A program made the translations under genes and the position numbers. Shown piece by piece: positions 25,134 through 37,900 of a stretch of DNA of 64,000 nt. This stretch comes from Psammoneis japonica (taxonomy: Eukaryota): assembly GCA_008632985.1 (NCBI GenBank), contig QPGO01000002.1:806001-870000 (forward strand), read 5' to 3'. A model generated the notes under the pieces. The model was not told the origin of the DNA and made no database searches. It was given only the letters and a program-made list of their open reading frames with translations. The first letter of the stretch is position 1. The number at the start of each line of letters is the position of its first letter.

Positions 25134-28100
25134 ATGGCCCCTTGTGTTGCACCGCCGCTCGAGACGGTGCCGTCCGACGTGGTGGTGGAGACGAATATTA
25201 GCACAGGTAGTGATAATGATAATGGACTGACGTCAAGTCCATCGCAGTCGAAAGAAGAGAGTGAAAACAACGAAACAAAAAACAACCCTCGTCCCTCCAA
25301 ACTCCTGCTTCCTTCGTCGGTTCAGATTTTGGGTGAACTTGTGGGTGCTTGTAATTTGACAACAACTTGTGTAAAACGACAACAACATGACGCTACTGTA
25401 GTGGAAAACAACTCGGAATTACGTCCGTATTGTGTGGTAAAATTTGGAAAGGACGAACTTCACGCAACGAAAAAGGCGGAGGGAAATCAGCCCATTTGGA
25501 CGCTCGATACTCAATCCCTCTTTTTGTTACAAGCCACTCCCGACGAGTTGGCGACACACAAACTAGAGATTGCGGTCTATTCCAAACACAAGGAGACAAA
25601 TTTACCCTTTCCATCATCACAGTCGGATAATGCTGGCATGTTGTTGGGGAGCGTCACGTTGGATGGAGTCAAGCTTCTTTCACACTGCAACGAGGAGCGT
25701 TTTGAAGTAGACTTGCAGCACAACAAGAGGTCGTCGTGTCGAGGCACACTTGCACTGCGGTTTCGAATTGCAACGGAATCCGATGCTAAATTTGTAAAGA
25801 CATGGAACAAACGATTGCGACCTCAAGACAGCACGGGTCTTTCTGAAGTGGTGGCACGCAAACAACGCAAGGACCAAGCCAAACTCGAGAGTCGCAATTG
25901 TCTGCTCCAAGAACAAGAAGAACACGACGAGCTGTCACCCTCTACGGACAGTCGTCCGTTGGCAAAGTTAATTACCGAAGCGGACGAGACACAGCTTTTG
26001 GGGAATACGTTGTTCAATACCATGTCGTTTGCCTTTCTAACAGCATCCACTGTACTGGATCGACGCAAGGACAACAAGATTCACGTCAAGCCCCATTGCG
26101 ACGAGACTCGTCCCGACGAGACAACGTACATGACGCCACAAGAAATCAAGGAGGAAACATACAAGCCATCCACCAAGTGGACCGAAGCGGGCAGTGGCAC
26201 GGTGGGACGCCTCTTTTTGGAAGTGCTGTCGTGTGACGATTTGCCCAATGTCGATGTCGGTGAAGCGGTCGGCAATGTCACGGATTCCTTTGTTGCGGTC
26301 GTGTACGAGGATGCACTGGTGCAAACCCCCGTCATTGACGATGAACTGAGTCCGTGTTGGATGCCTGGACGGAACGGGCGTTTATTTTCAACATGATGCA
26401 TCCGGCGAGTACACTGTATTTGGGATGTTTTGACTATGATATCGGACCGCTGTCGACGCACGACCCGATTGGAAGGGCGGCCATCAACATTAGCAACTTG
26501 AAACGGGATACCGAATACACACTCAAGTACAACTTGTACCCATCGGCCAGTGTGACGGACCGGACGGTACGTGTGTTGTGACGTGTGGTGTGCTGTTGAT
26601 TATTGTTTGTTTTGCAAGACCAACACGCCATTACTTTGCTTGTGCAGTCCCAAGGGACCATTACGATTCGTCTACGAATCGAAATGAATGATGAAAAGGC
26701 GGCCATTTTGGCAGCCATGAAACCTCGACCCAAGATGCATGTCAATGTGCACAAGGAAAAGAGTTTTAATGTCGTGCAATACACGTGTTATGGAGTGGTG
26801 CGTAAAATGAAGGTTGTTGAATGGAATGGCTATGTCTTTCATTATTATTCTTACACCTCGCCTTTTATTCCTTTGACTTTATTTTGATACAGCACAATGA
26901 CGAAACCCAGTTTGATTTGACAGTTCTTCGATCCTATGTGAATGAAGTGCTCGAGTACAAACGACGCGTGACGTACAGCATTGGCGACGCACTCACTTCA
27001 CTTGTGTTTTGGCGTGGTCAAGTCAAGGTGGGCCGTGCCATGCTACCCATTGATTCCTTTTTATTCTTTTGGGCCATGTCGACGCTTGTTGAAAAGCCGC
27101 AATTGCTGCCGGCATTCTTGTTGCTGAGTGTTTCGTGGATTCTCTTGGCCAACATGAGGTTGAGGACCCAGCATCCGTCTCCTTGGAATCGGTGTCCGTC
27201 CTTTTGGCACTACTTATGGGTCCTCAAGACGGGAGAGCATTCGTCGCCACAAACCATTGACGCCTGGGAAGGCTGGGACGAAACCAAGGCGGTGGATGAG
27301 GCGCATGCCAAGAGACTAGAGGATGATCTCAAGACGGCGGAGAAGAAGGCTGCCATGCAAAACACGCTGAATGAAATTGGTGACGATACCATCAAAACGT
27401 CTGCGGCGGGATCTGTAATTCCGATTGATTTGCTTGAACGATTAGGGCGGTATCAAGGAATTATTGGTGGTAAGTTGCTTTGTCAAGAGCTTTTGTCTGT
27501 TTTTCTCAACGTTGAATCTGACGATTTCTCATCCCTCCGTATATTGCAGGCATTTGCCGAAAGCTGCGTTTTGTACGGATAATCTTGCTATGGGAGGAGA
27601 GCATTGTTTCCTTTTGGATCACAGCAATCTTTCTTTTAGCCGGAATTATTGCATTGTTCCTCCCATGGGGGTTCATTCTCACCTGGCTTGGACGCATTGT
27701 TGTCTATGGCTTTCTCGGACCGCACATGAAGTTGGTTGACATGTTTGTCACTGCAAGAGCAAAAGAAGGAGAGGAAAGTCTACTCAAGTTTCACAAACAG
27801 AAGACCTTGGCGAGGATACGACGAGAAGACGCTCTCAAGCTCAAGGCGGTCAAGTCACTGCGATTCGGACACTACATTACGCTGGTCCCGAACTTCAATC
27901 TTGCCCGTCACTACGATCGACCTTTGCCGCAATCCACGGCTCGACCGTTTGAACATGAGAGTGCAGCGTCACCTGACCCTAGGGATGCGCGTTGGCTTCC
28001 CGGGCAGCAGCTTTACGGTGCAATGATTCCGCGTCCCGAGATTGAATCCACTCGAAACCACGAATTAGCAATGGAAGCAAAGGACCGGCTGTCGCTACTC

Positions 28101-28846
28101 GAGGCCAGGTTGGTGGCACTGAAAGTAGCGGCAATGTGTGGAGGAGGAGTTCAAGACTTAAAGAACCGGTTGCGCCGTTTAAAGGATGGCCGTGAAGAAG
28201 AAGACCAACCAGATGCCATGGGATATGAACTTATTGCTTGTGGAGACACGCTTCAACACTCTGATTCTGACCAAGGGTCCCAGGTTGATGTTCCAGACAT
28301 GTCGTGTTTTGCGTACGACGGGATGAGTCTGCGATGCGTATCTGAGCAAGCGTCATCCGATTTCACGACGGTTTACGAGCTTGGAGTAGATGAGACACCG
28401 AAAGCAAGTCTTTGGAGGAGGAAGAATCGGATAGTATGGAAAATTATTCTCTAAGTGACTCGTCCGACGAGCTCGGCGGAAGCTCGAGCGAAGGCAATTT
28501 AGAAGGTGAAGGTATTGAGATTGTCGCTTGCGAAGACGAAGGAGCTGAGGACGCGGCCCGCCACCACGAGGGCAGAGATGTCCTTGTTACCGACACGGAC
28601 TCTATTGCGACTTGCGAGTCCACAGAGGTTATCTACTTTGCTTTTCAGGCTGATAAATCCAGGCGGAAAAGGGTCGCTTGGAAGGACGAAATCGAGAAAC
28701 AAGATGTACTCCTTGAAGAGGAAGACGTAGACGACATCCAAGAATCAGAATCCGTGGATCAGGATCATGTGGACGCCGCCGCCCACGAAGTAGAAGAGTC
28801 GATTCACGAAGAACATGCTGGATCTAACGATGAAGTGGAAGACTAG
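25134..28846 (+). CDS. Multi-C2-domain membrane protein with acidic C-terminal tail
   Basis: Two C2-like blocks (PYCVVKFG..NQPIWT and LFLEVLSCDDLPNVD..TDSFV..DPIGRA) followed by TM helices. Introns near 26567-26627, 26798-26892 and 27469-27549. Frameshifts near 26370 and 28410. Confidence 0.75.
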
Positions 28847-29175
28847 TGTGAAGGAGTTCCTGATCAGAGAGTGAACGCGGAGGACGAAGAAGAAGCAGAA
28901 AAACCCGCGGATCAAGATATTACCGCCAGAGTTCATGCGACCACGGCCCACGGCGCGGAAGAGTTGATTCATGAAAAACATTCTGGATCTAGGCGCAGAG
29001 TGGAAGAAGACGCTCGTGCGGAAGTTATCGATCAGAGCGTGAACGCGAAGGAAGAAGACAGCGCATCAGTTGCGCAGTTGAATCAATAGCGGTTTGCATT
29101 ATATGGTAGATTGTTTATGGCTACCAAGCCGCTTTCCGGTATTAATACATGCATTTCATTTTGGCTAAAGGCTTT

Positions 29176-30335
29176 TTACACCATGGTCCACTTTGCTTTT
29201 CGCTTTCCATCACCTCGCTTGGTAATACCGACGCTCTCCGGTTCCGCGTCCTCTTGTCCTTGTTGTGGCGTCTCAGGCTCCTCCATTGGATCATCTGTTG
29301 GTATCGCTTCCATATCTGCGACATCTGTTGCTCGCCGTCTCGGATACAAAAGACAGACAACGCCTTGCGCAATACCCAAGAGTAGTCCGATGAAGTTCGG
29401 TAGCCCAATAATGTAGTTACGTTGTGCCACGGCATATGCCAACCAAAAGCTTGTGTTACACCAATTCATAAACATGGTACCACGGTGTATCGACTCAGAG
29501 CTCCCCGTCCTCATGACTTGCCACAAGGTTTGCAACGGAGCGCCGTAGAAGAAGACCAAGTTGACATTCACAACAATGCCGATTGTGTTTTCTGGATGAG
29601 GTGGCGGCCATATCCAACCTACCCATACTAGAACGAGGACCCATGCAATCACCATTTGAAAAAAGGAGCGTTCATGTGGCACGGCAACCAACAAACCCTT
29701 GGCGCGTTCATCAATCGCTAGCTCTTCGGATGAATCCAAATCCAGTATTTCGTCTACAGCGTCTTCTTCGTTAGCCACGTCTGCATCCCATTCTTCTTCC
29801 TGTGCTTGGTGTTGGGAGGCATTAGTCCCGACAATGGTCGTCGCATCGTGTCGTTGCTTTTCTAGTCGCTCTTCTATTCGATTATAGTACTGAATCTTGA
29901 TGGCACCGAGATTCAGCCAGATCGACAGGACAAGACCAGCTGAAAAGTGAAAAGATCCAGGTAGCCGTTAGAACGAATCTTACAGAAAGTACAATCTTTG
30001 AAACAAGTCTTCACCATAAAACTTACGAATATTACCAGCCACAACAAATGGATCGTGAGTATAGTATCCATAGGCACTCCATCCTAAACAATTTCCCGTC
30101 ATAAAGACCCATGGCAATGGATTCAGAGCTCCCAGCCCGCCAGATGCCAGTGCCTTTTTCAAGTCTCCCACGGGAGCTGTACCGCACAGAACAAAATGAA
30201 AAATGAGGCAACAGACACATCACTAACGAAAACAAACACCTCTCTTCCTTTCTTACCGGCAAACATGGCCGATGCCATTACAGCACCAAGACCTGGGCAG
30301 ACATAATTCAGAATGATGTCCGATGCATTCGACAT
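29176..30335 (-). CDS. SWEET (MtN3/saliva) sugar transporter
   Basis: MSNASDIILNYVCPGLGAVMASAMFA exon, LGALNPLPWVFMTGNCLGW, and FFYGAPL..V..T.SSESI...NTSFWLAY...I.LPN motifs. Two GT-AG introns. Confidence 0.88.
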
Positions 30336-30579
30336 TTCTTTTTGCGACAGATAGGGAATTCCAAAAGAAAAAGGAGAGATTCTGCTAGCATCAACGTGGA
30401 CTTCTATAGGTAAATATTACAGAGGCGGTCAACCAGGGCAGTCACACGCAACGACACAAGCATTCATCAACAAACAAGACGATGCGTCTCCATTGTGTCA
30501 AGTCTTGATCTCAAGAAGTTCAAGAGCGCGAGGCGCGAGGCAGGAACGAGGTAGGTCTCACTAAACAATTTGTATTGTC

Positions 30580-32099
30580 TGACCTTCGCCGACAGCACAA
30601 TGCAAGGTGACCATCCACCTCAAAAAAAGCTTCTGCTGCTTTCATTCATTGGGTGCTGGGGAGACAAACTTATAAGAAATCTTTGAAACAATGGCAAAGT
30701 GACATGCAAAATGGGACATGATTTTTTGGTCTCTGATGGCGACCGACACAAAAAAAAAGCTCCTCTGGAGGTGCCACCTCACACAGAAGGTTGAGAAATC
30801 TTTTCTCTCTCGTGCGCGGCTCTTTGGCAGGGGGGCTGACCGTGCAGGGGGCAAAAGCCACAGCAAAAGAGCAGGAAGGACTTTATGACCAGCAGCTGTG
30901 ACACCATCAGCAAAACAATGAGCANAACAAAATTTCTGTGCTCAAACACCAACCTCCATCTCACAGAATGTGCTGAGGCAAAATGGCTTCAATGCTCAGA
31001 GATGCTGCCGGTGGCATCATCATGTCTGGGGCCTGCTGCACAATGTGCTGTTCATTGCATCTGGCACCAAGCTAACAGTGACAAGTGCTGCACAGAGTTC
31101 TGCTGCAAATCTGAGAAAAAAGAGCAAAAAAGCACCTGAAACGCCGCTGGACGAGAGGGTTGACATGAGGCCCTGCAAGCAGCAAAAATCAACATCTCAA
31201 AAACATCATCTCACCAATCACAGCCTTGCTCACCTGTTGCTGTAGCTTTGCCTTTACAAGCCAGACTGGTCTTGGAATTTGTGAGTGGGGGGTTCATGGC
31301 AGCAGTGTGGTGACACCATTTTTGGTGGTGTGCATGATTTGTGCGTTGTGCAGCAAGACATGTGAAAAAATGAGGCTTTTGTTTTGGAGCTCAGCTTTCT
31401 TGCACAGATTTGGCACCAAATTTATGTTGCACAAAAAATGCACAGAAAACCTTGTGATTCATCCAAAAGTGTCTCACCTGGAATGAAAGCATGCTGCAGC
31501 TTGCTTCTTCTTCTTGCAGGAGCATTTTTCTCAACTTGGGACTCACACGCCCTCTTCTTTCTCAAAAAAGAGCAGGCACAAACACTGCCAAAATGCGGAA
31601 GCAAAATTCTCAATTGTTTGGTTGCTGCCAGCTGCATCAGCATGGAGGCAAGTCCAACAAGAGAGATTGTGCTCAAGCACTTGCACAGGCAGCCAGCTCA
31701 TCTCGCTCTGTGTCTCCTCCACGAAAGAAGTGTCGACCAACTCTTTTTGACGCTGGCAGCTTTGATCAGCATTTCATTGGCAGCAATCTGACTGAGTTGA
31801 TTTCACAGACCAGATTCTTACAAATGGCTCTCACTCATTGTGTGTCTCTGACAACATTTCTCTGACAAAAGAGCTGCTGTGCACTGCCAGCAGTGTGCCT
31901 CTGTTGCTCCTTCAAGGAAGAAGAAGAGCCAGGTTGAAGGGGGGCTGTGGTGCAGCCAGAGCCACACATGTGTTGTTCCAGAATTGGATTTTCCAACATT
32001 CAAGATTCTGAGCTGGCTCTTGACACTTGTTGCCACTGATGATTTGATGCTCCATCTCATTTGTTTGGTGTGTTGCCCTCTGTTCCTCCGTGGTGTTTG
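30580..32099. pseudogene. TpA/CpG-depleted degenerate tract, possibly a decayed host gene next to the YR element
   Basis: Near-absence of TA, TG/CA excess and spurious Cys/His-rich ORFs. It abuts the element end at 32100. Confidence 0.5.
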
Positions 32100-32550
32100 G
32101 GATCCGAGCATTGACTCAGCAAACGACCGCTTCGGACTAGATCTCAATTGATCCCAGTCAAGAACCACCAAGAAGTAACAAAACCTTAAGATGCTTGGGA
32201 GACTCACAGAGCAGGGCTTTCGGCACAAGCTCTGCTCCGTACAAGGGGGGGTGGGAGAAACCCAAACCCTCCGCAGGGTCCTGCACCAGTGCAGGGGCTC
32301 TTCCGGAAATTCAACGGAGCACCAGTGCCTCGGGCGTTTCCGAGAGCCAACCCCTGGTGGCACACCCTTCGGCATTTCGCGACGTTGGGCAGTGACTGGG
32401 GGGCAAAGTGAGCACCTCGAATGAAGACACGCCAGACCAAGTTTTCCCGTACGAAAACTGAAGCCGTCGAAGGTGTTGTGCTGCGTTGTAGTCCCAGACC
32501 TCGTCTTGTCGACTCCCGAGGCCGAATGAGACGGGTCGAGCTCTAATCCC
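32100..32550. repeat. Split direct repeat B2 (about 451 bp)
   Basis: Aligns without gaps to 32813-33263. Confidence 0.95.
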
Positions 32551-32567
32551 AGGGTGTGGTGGGTGGG

Positions 32568-32815
32568 TAAAAAGAAGAATGCTTTTCCGAGCTTGAGTGA
32601 TCCAGTCACGATGATCAGGGTTCCTGTTCCAACAAAGCTGGAAAAGTGAGAGAAAAGAAAACCGAAGTTTGACCGGTCACAGTCAGAAGACTAGACCGAG
32701 TCATCTTGAGTCGGAAGTGCCCCACTTCCGTCGCGGATCCAGCGAGAGGTCACAGTCATCGAGCGAGGTTGGTTTGAGTCAGTCCGTCTCCATCTGAACT
32801 TGGGTGCGAGGAGGA
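32568..32815. repeat. Split direct repeat A2 (about 248 bp)
   Basis: Aligns without gaps to 41021-41268. Confidence 0.95.
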
Positions 32816-33263
32816 TCCGAGCATTGACTCAGCAAACGACCGCTTCGGACTAGATCTCAATTGATCCTAGTCAAGAACCACCAAGAAGTGACAAAACCTT
32901 AAGATGCTTAGGAGACTCATAGAGCAGGGCTTTCGGCATGAGCTCTACTCCGCACAAGGGGGGGTGGGAGAAACCCAAACCCTCCGCAGGGTCCTGCACC
33001 AGTGCAGGGGCTCTTCCGGAAATTCAACGGAGCACCAGTGCCTCGGGCGTTTCCGAGAGCCAACCCCCAGTGGCACACCCTTCGGCATTTCGCAACGTTG
33101 GGCAGTGACTAGGGGGTAAAGTGAGCACCTCGAACGAAGACACGCCAGACCAAGTTTTCCCGTACGAAAACTGAAGCCGTCGAAGGTGTTGTGCTGCGTT
33201 GCAGTCCTAGACCTCATCTTGTTGACTCCCGAGGCTGAATGAGACGGGTCGAGCTCCAATCCC
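32813..33263. repeat. Split direct repeat B1
   Basis: Aligns to 32100-32550 and overlaps A2 by GGA. Confidence 0.95.
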
Positions 33264-33376
33264 CCCCGATGAGAATCCTGGGTAGTGGCCACCAAAAATG
33301 TCGATCCGGAGAGCAGGAAGCTGGAAGACTGTCCTCCGGAGACCTGGCGTCACCAAGGGCTCGCGACCGTCCCGAG

Positions 33377-34930
33377 TCACATGGCCTTGGCACAACGCAG
33401 GAATGATGGCAAAAGAAGGGTAATGTCGGCATAGTGCTGGTGCATTTTGTGTGTGGGTCGTGCCGCACCTGATCTTTCCTTCTTCTTCCAACGGTTGACA
33501 ACGTCAATGTCATCTTCCGACACCTTCTGAGCAACAGCACGCGAGTCCGAACCCCGTCTGAACGAACGACTCACATCACACTTGTCCTGCACATCAGAGA
33601 ACGTGGTGATGTCCACTGCGAATGGGCTTGGGTGGTCCTCATAAATGTCTCCCAAGACTTCATGAAAGAAAACGTTGAGCTCTTTCGTAGATGAGACCTT
33701 TCCCTCCACATTTGATGTCGCTGGTCCACGCGTGCGCCGATGATCCCAGTGTAATGAGACTGCCGTTTCGACCCAAAAACGAAGGTTGACACCTGAGCTG
33801 GTGACATTGACACTGGGGAGGAGGTGCTGCCGCTCCCCATGCTCTCCCTTGACTCGGCCCAAAAGAGGGACGACAACATAATCCGCGTGTCTTGGGAGGT
33901 GTCTGACAAGAGCCCCCAAGTCCATAAGTGGGCCTTCGGGACCTCGAAGAGACAAGACGTAGCTAGCCGCAAAGTGCAATCCGCGTGCAAGGTAAATAAA
34001 TCTCTCCGCCTCTCCTGGGGCTCGGAGGGCCCTCTCCTCGACCCGAGGCAACAGATGTTGCATGACGTCGACCGACATCGCTCTGTCAGGCCTCCAGTCT
34101 TGGCCCATCCGTCTTTTGCATCCGGTCATGAATCGCTGGAACCACAGTGAAGCACACGGGTCTTCGCACATGCGCAGATGCTGTTTGCCTTCCAAATCCC
34201 CCAATGCCAAAGCTCGCGAATTGGCCTCCGCCGATGCGCGTACCTGGTTGGAGTGAGCAGTGCGCAATTTTCGGATCGTGTCAAACTGAGTGTACGATTC
34301 CGAGTGTTTTCCCGCCGCCGTCGAAGCCAAGACGATCTGCATGGCGACTTCATGTCCACAGTGATCATAGGGTGGGAGAGGGCCCGGCTCGAGGTAAGGC
34401 CCCGTTAGGCCCAGGCGCTCAGATGAGGCTAGGCCCCTCCCAACTCTCGACGCGTTTGCTTCGACTGTTGTCGATTCCCTGCTCCAAAACGCGTCCAAAA
34501 TCACTCTTCGAACACACGCTAGAGCGACCTCGTCTCAAGGTGATGAAGGTAGGGCCTCCCTCTGGCAGAGCTTGTGAAGTGCACAGGTGTCGCACTCAAA
34601 GGCAACCATTGGATGATCTCCCACGCGAGCCTGTACAAACTTGTTTTTGTCTTGAGGCTTCCGACACCAAGCATCATCGTCCAGCCTTGGGCAGTCCCCC
34701 CCCGAGAGATTGCGCGTTGTCGTTTTGAGGGTCGTCCTCCAGAGTCCCCCCCAGATGGAAAGTCACGCTTTCTCTCGAAGTGTGGCACCCTGGACACCAT
34801 GCCTTCCGACATGCCGGCCAGATTCCTACTCTGTGCACAAAATTTGCGCAAAACACTCCTTTCGTCCACCGCAGCATCCGGCCACACTCGACGCAGGGAC
34901 CGCTCCATTGCACACATTTTCGGGGTTCCC
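33377..34930 (-). CDS. Tyrosine recombinase of the retroelement (5' part frameshifted, Cys-rich)
   Basis: The catalytic residue pattern LRGPEG (R), RVKGE (K), SRSFRRG (R), NRW (W) and HYAD (Y) lies in ORF 33377-34504. Confidence 0.85.
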
Positions 34931-37900
34931 CGAAGCTGCCAAGGGCTGCAGGAGACGAACAAAAAAGAAGGCCAGTTGGCAAGGGCTCGAACATGTCACC
35001 TGGCCAGAACGGCCTTGATCCAGCCGGGACAGCAAACACCAGGTCCGCCGCCTTGTGCAACTGTTTCTGCCACTCCGGAGTCATCAAACGCGGGCAGATG
35101 AACACATGGAACGATGTCTGGCGCTTGATTCTTGCAATCCGGAGCTCTTCTAGGGCCGCTCTCGCCGCGGCTGGAGGTGGGGCCCAGACCCACGTGCCCG
35201 ATCTGAAATGGGGCATTTCGACAGCTTTGCAGGCTGGGTGGCTCCACCCCGCAATGTCATGACCCTTCTGATGCCAATCCAAGGGGGTCAGCAGTTCCGG
35301 AGCTGGAGTCCCAGCCCAAGATTGAACCCACGCAAAGAGAGCAGCCGACCGAGTTGTGGCTCCGAGATGGAGAGGGACAAACGAAAGCATCTTGGCTCCG
35401 TTCATGACACCCTCGGTCAAGACTCCCCTGGACACTCCGTCAGTGCCCTGAGCTGTCATCCGCACCCCCGAGACATGCACGAGACACAGCCCAATCCCAC
35501 ACTTAGCCTCCAAAGATTTCAAGCAAATGACCTGCTCAAGCAGCAGAGGGCTGGTCGAGGTGCCCTTGTGCCAAGCTGTTTCAGCAACTGAGTTGTCCGT
35601 AAAAAAGAACAAACACGCGCCGGTCAATTCCCCCTGCTCCCCAAGTTCTTGGATGGCGTCCACCGTGTTGGATAACTCTTTCCAGTTGGAGGAGTTCCCC
35701 AGATCATCATCGCCCCACACACCGATCCGAAAGACAATGGTTCCGTCCGCTGCTTCCAGGGAGGTCCCAAGGCCTTTTCCAGATGCATCCCCAAAGCCAT
35801 GGAGGACAGTGACAATCTTTGAGGACCGGATGACAACCGCAGAAGGGGTCGGAGACTCCGTGACGCGGGACATGGCAGTTAAATCCATGAACAAACGAGG
35901 GACAGCCGTGACCTGCGGAGGGGGCGGTTGATCCCTTAGCCCCTCAGCAACCTCTGACGGGTCAAGGCCCTGCTTCTCAGCGAGGTGGTGAATCCAGCTT
36001 GCGAATTCTTTCGCAGTCATCGCCCAACCATCCTTCTTTCGATTTGGTCGCCAGGAGTCGAGGGTCAAATGGATTCCTTCAAGGAATGGTGTTAAAAAGG
36101 GGTGAGTCATCGCAAGGTGGACTGGAAATCCCCTCTTCCACTCCAGATCCTCAAAGTCAAATGTAGGGAGGAAGCCCCCCGGACGCCCGGCGTAAAAACC
36201 AAGCAGTTCTGCAATGACACCCTTGGCTTTATCCCATTTGGCCTGGGAAACTGACTGAGCAACATCCCCATCGACAACTCGGAAAATGGCACCAGCCCAG
36301 GCTCCGGTCTCAACCTGCGAGGGGGGGCGCACCTTCCGGGCAGCATTCTGCAGTCCAAGATGCTGCAACCGCGAGGCCATTTGGTGAGCAACTTGCCAGG
36401 CGGATTCCTCATTAGCCCCCATTCCGCGTAAGTCATCAACGAATGTTTTTATGTCGCCAGCAATTTCCTTGCGACGAGAATTCCACTTCATCACGAATGG
36501 TTTCTCCGTCTGGAAGTTGGGATCCCCTGGCAAGTTTAGGAGCAGCTTGTCGCACCCCATGACATTGGAGAGTCGGTTTGGATCGCCTCTGGCAATCTCA
36601 TCGGCCCAATAAAATGCCCTCACCACCAAGCAAGGGCTGGGCCACATCCCCACAAACAAACGGTTCCAACACTCGAACCAGGGCGTGCCCGTCGAGATCA
36701 ACTCCTGGGACCCGAGACATGGCTTGAGAGGCGTCAAGTCGATCCCCGCACATGGCCGAATGTTGGGATCCATGAAGAAGTTTAAAAACATGTCGCCCAG
36801 GTCGAGATCCACTGAAAAGGCAGCACGAGTCATGCACCCCAGAACCGACACAGGAGTGGGCAAGAAAAACGAGGGTGCCCAGAGGGCGTCGTTTAACCCC
36901 GAGGAGGTTCCGTCATAAACCATTCGTACGTCTTCAACGATTTCCACCAAGCGACCATTCTGGGGTTCCACACGGACGGTTTTTGGGACCCAAAAACAAT
37001 CAGTTGGACTGACCACCCTCCCACGATGGACGCAACCTTGGTCTCGGACCTTTTGAATCTTGTCCACCATCCTAAGAATCTCGTGCTCGGACCCCCGGAT
37101 TCTCTGCCGTCGGCGATTGCGAGGGAGAGGGCCCTTGACAAATGTCTGGATCCCATCTCGAGCCCCCACCCGCTGTTCCGGAGTGGGCCACCGCCAGAAC
37201 AAAAGAGACGAACCTCGGTCCCAACTCCACCAGGAGCTGTCCAACACTTGCGCTGACACCTCAGTCCCAAGGTGTGCGTCTAGAAGCAAGGGTGGGAGTG
37301 GAGGGTGGCGGCAAACCCCCCCCTGAAGACGCCCGGTGGCGTCCCCAAAACGTCGGCGTTGTGTCGCCAGCATGGCGACCCAAGTCGGACCACACTCCCA
37401 GCGCAGATGGCCCAGAAAGGACTGAAGGGTCTTTTGCCGCCACCACCGGTGCGCCAAGTCCCGAAGGGCTGGCAAAGCCTCACCAGACCCCGGGAAAATC
37501 AAAGTGATCCTCTCATCCCACAACCGGAAAGGAGGGGCTGCCGCATCCCCCTTTGCAGCTTTCGCCGTCATGAGGGATGCGTCAATCCAAGTGTGGGGTA
37601 AATAGCGTCCGAGAGTCGGCAGCCACGTTCCGGCCTGGCAGACCGGGACCCCGACCTCCGTGTTGTCACACACCATGCCCCCAGGTTGTGACGAATTCCG
37701 GGGCGTGTGATCAACAAACACCTCCACAAAAAGTGTGAGGAGATTCAACGGGACAAGAGGAAATCCCCGCTCGAAAGCCTGATGTACCTGAGGCGTGCGG
37801 AAACACAGGGGAAAATCCCAGGCCGCCAATGTCTCATCCACAGACAGTGTGCGGGTGACCCAACCTGTCGGCGACCGATGCGATGGGTGCACGACTGGTC

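Noticed and set aside
32100..33263. Classical fungal RIP (CpA>TpA) as the cause of the repeat differences
   Set aside because: The repeats are TA-depleted rather than TA-enriched. The intact host gene has TA where its dead copy has TG/CA, and conserved Tyr became Cys/His.
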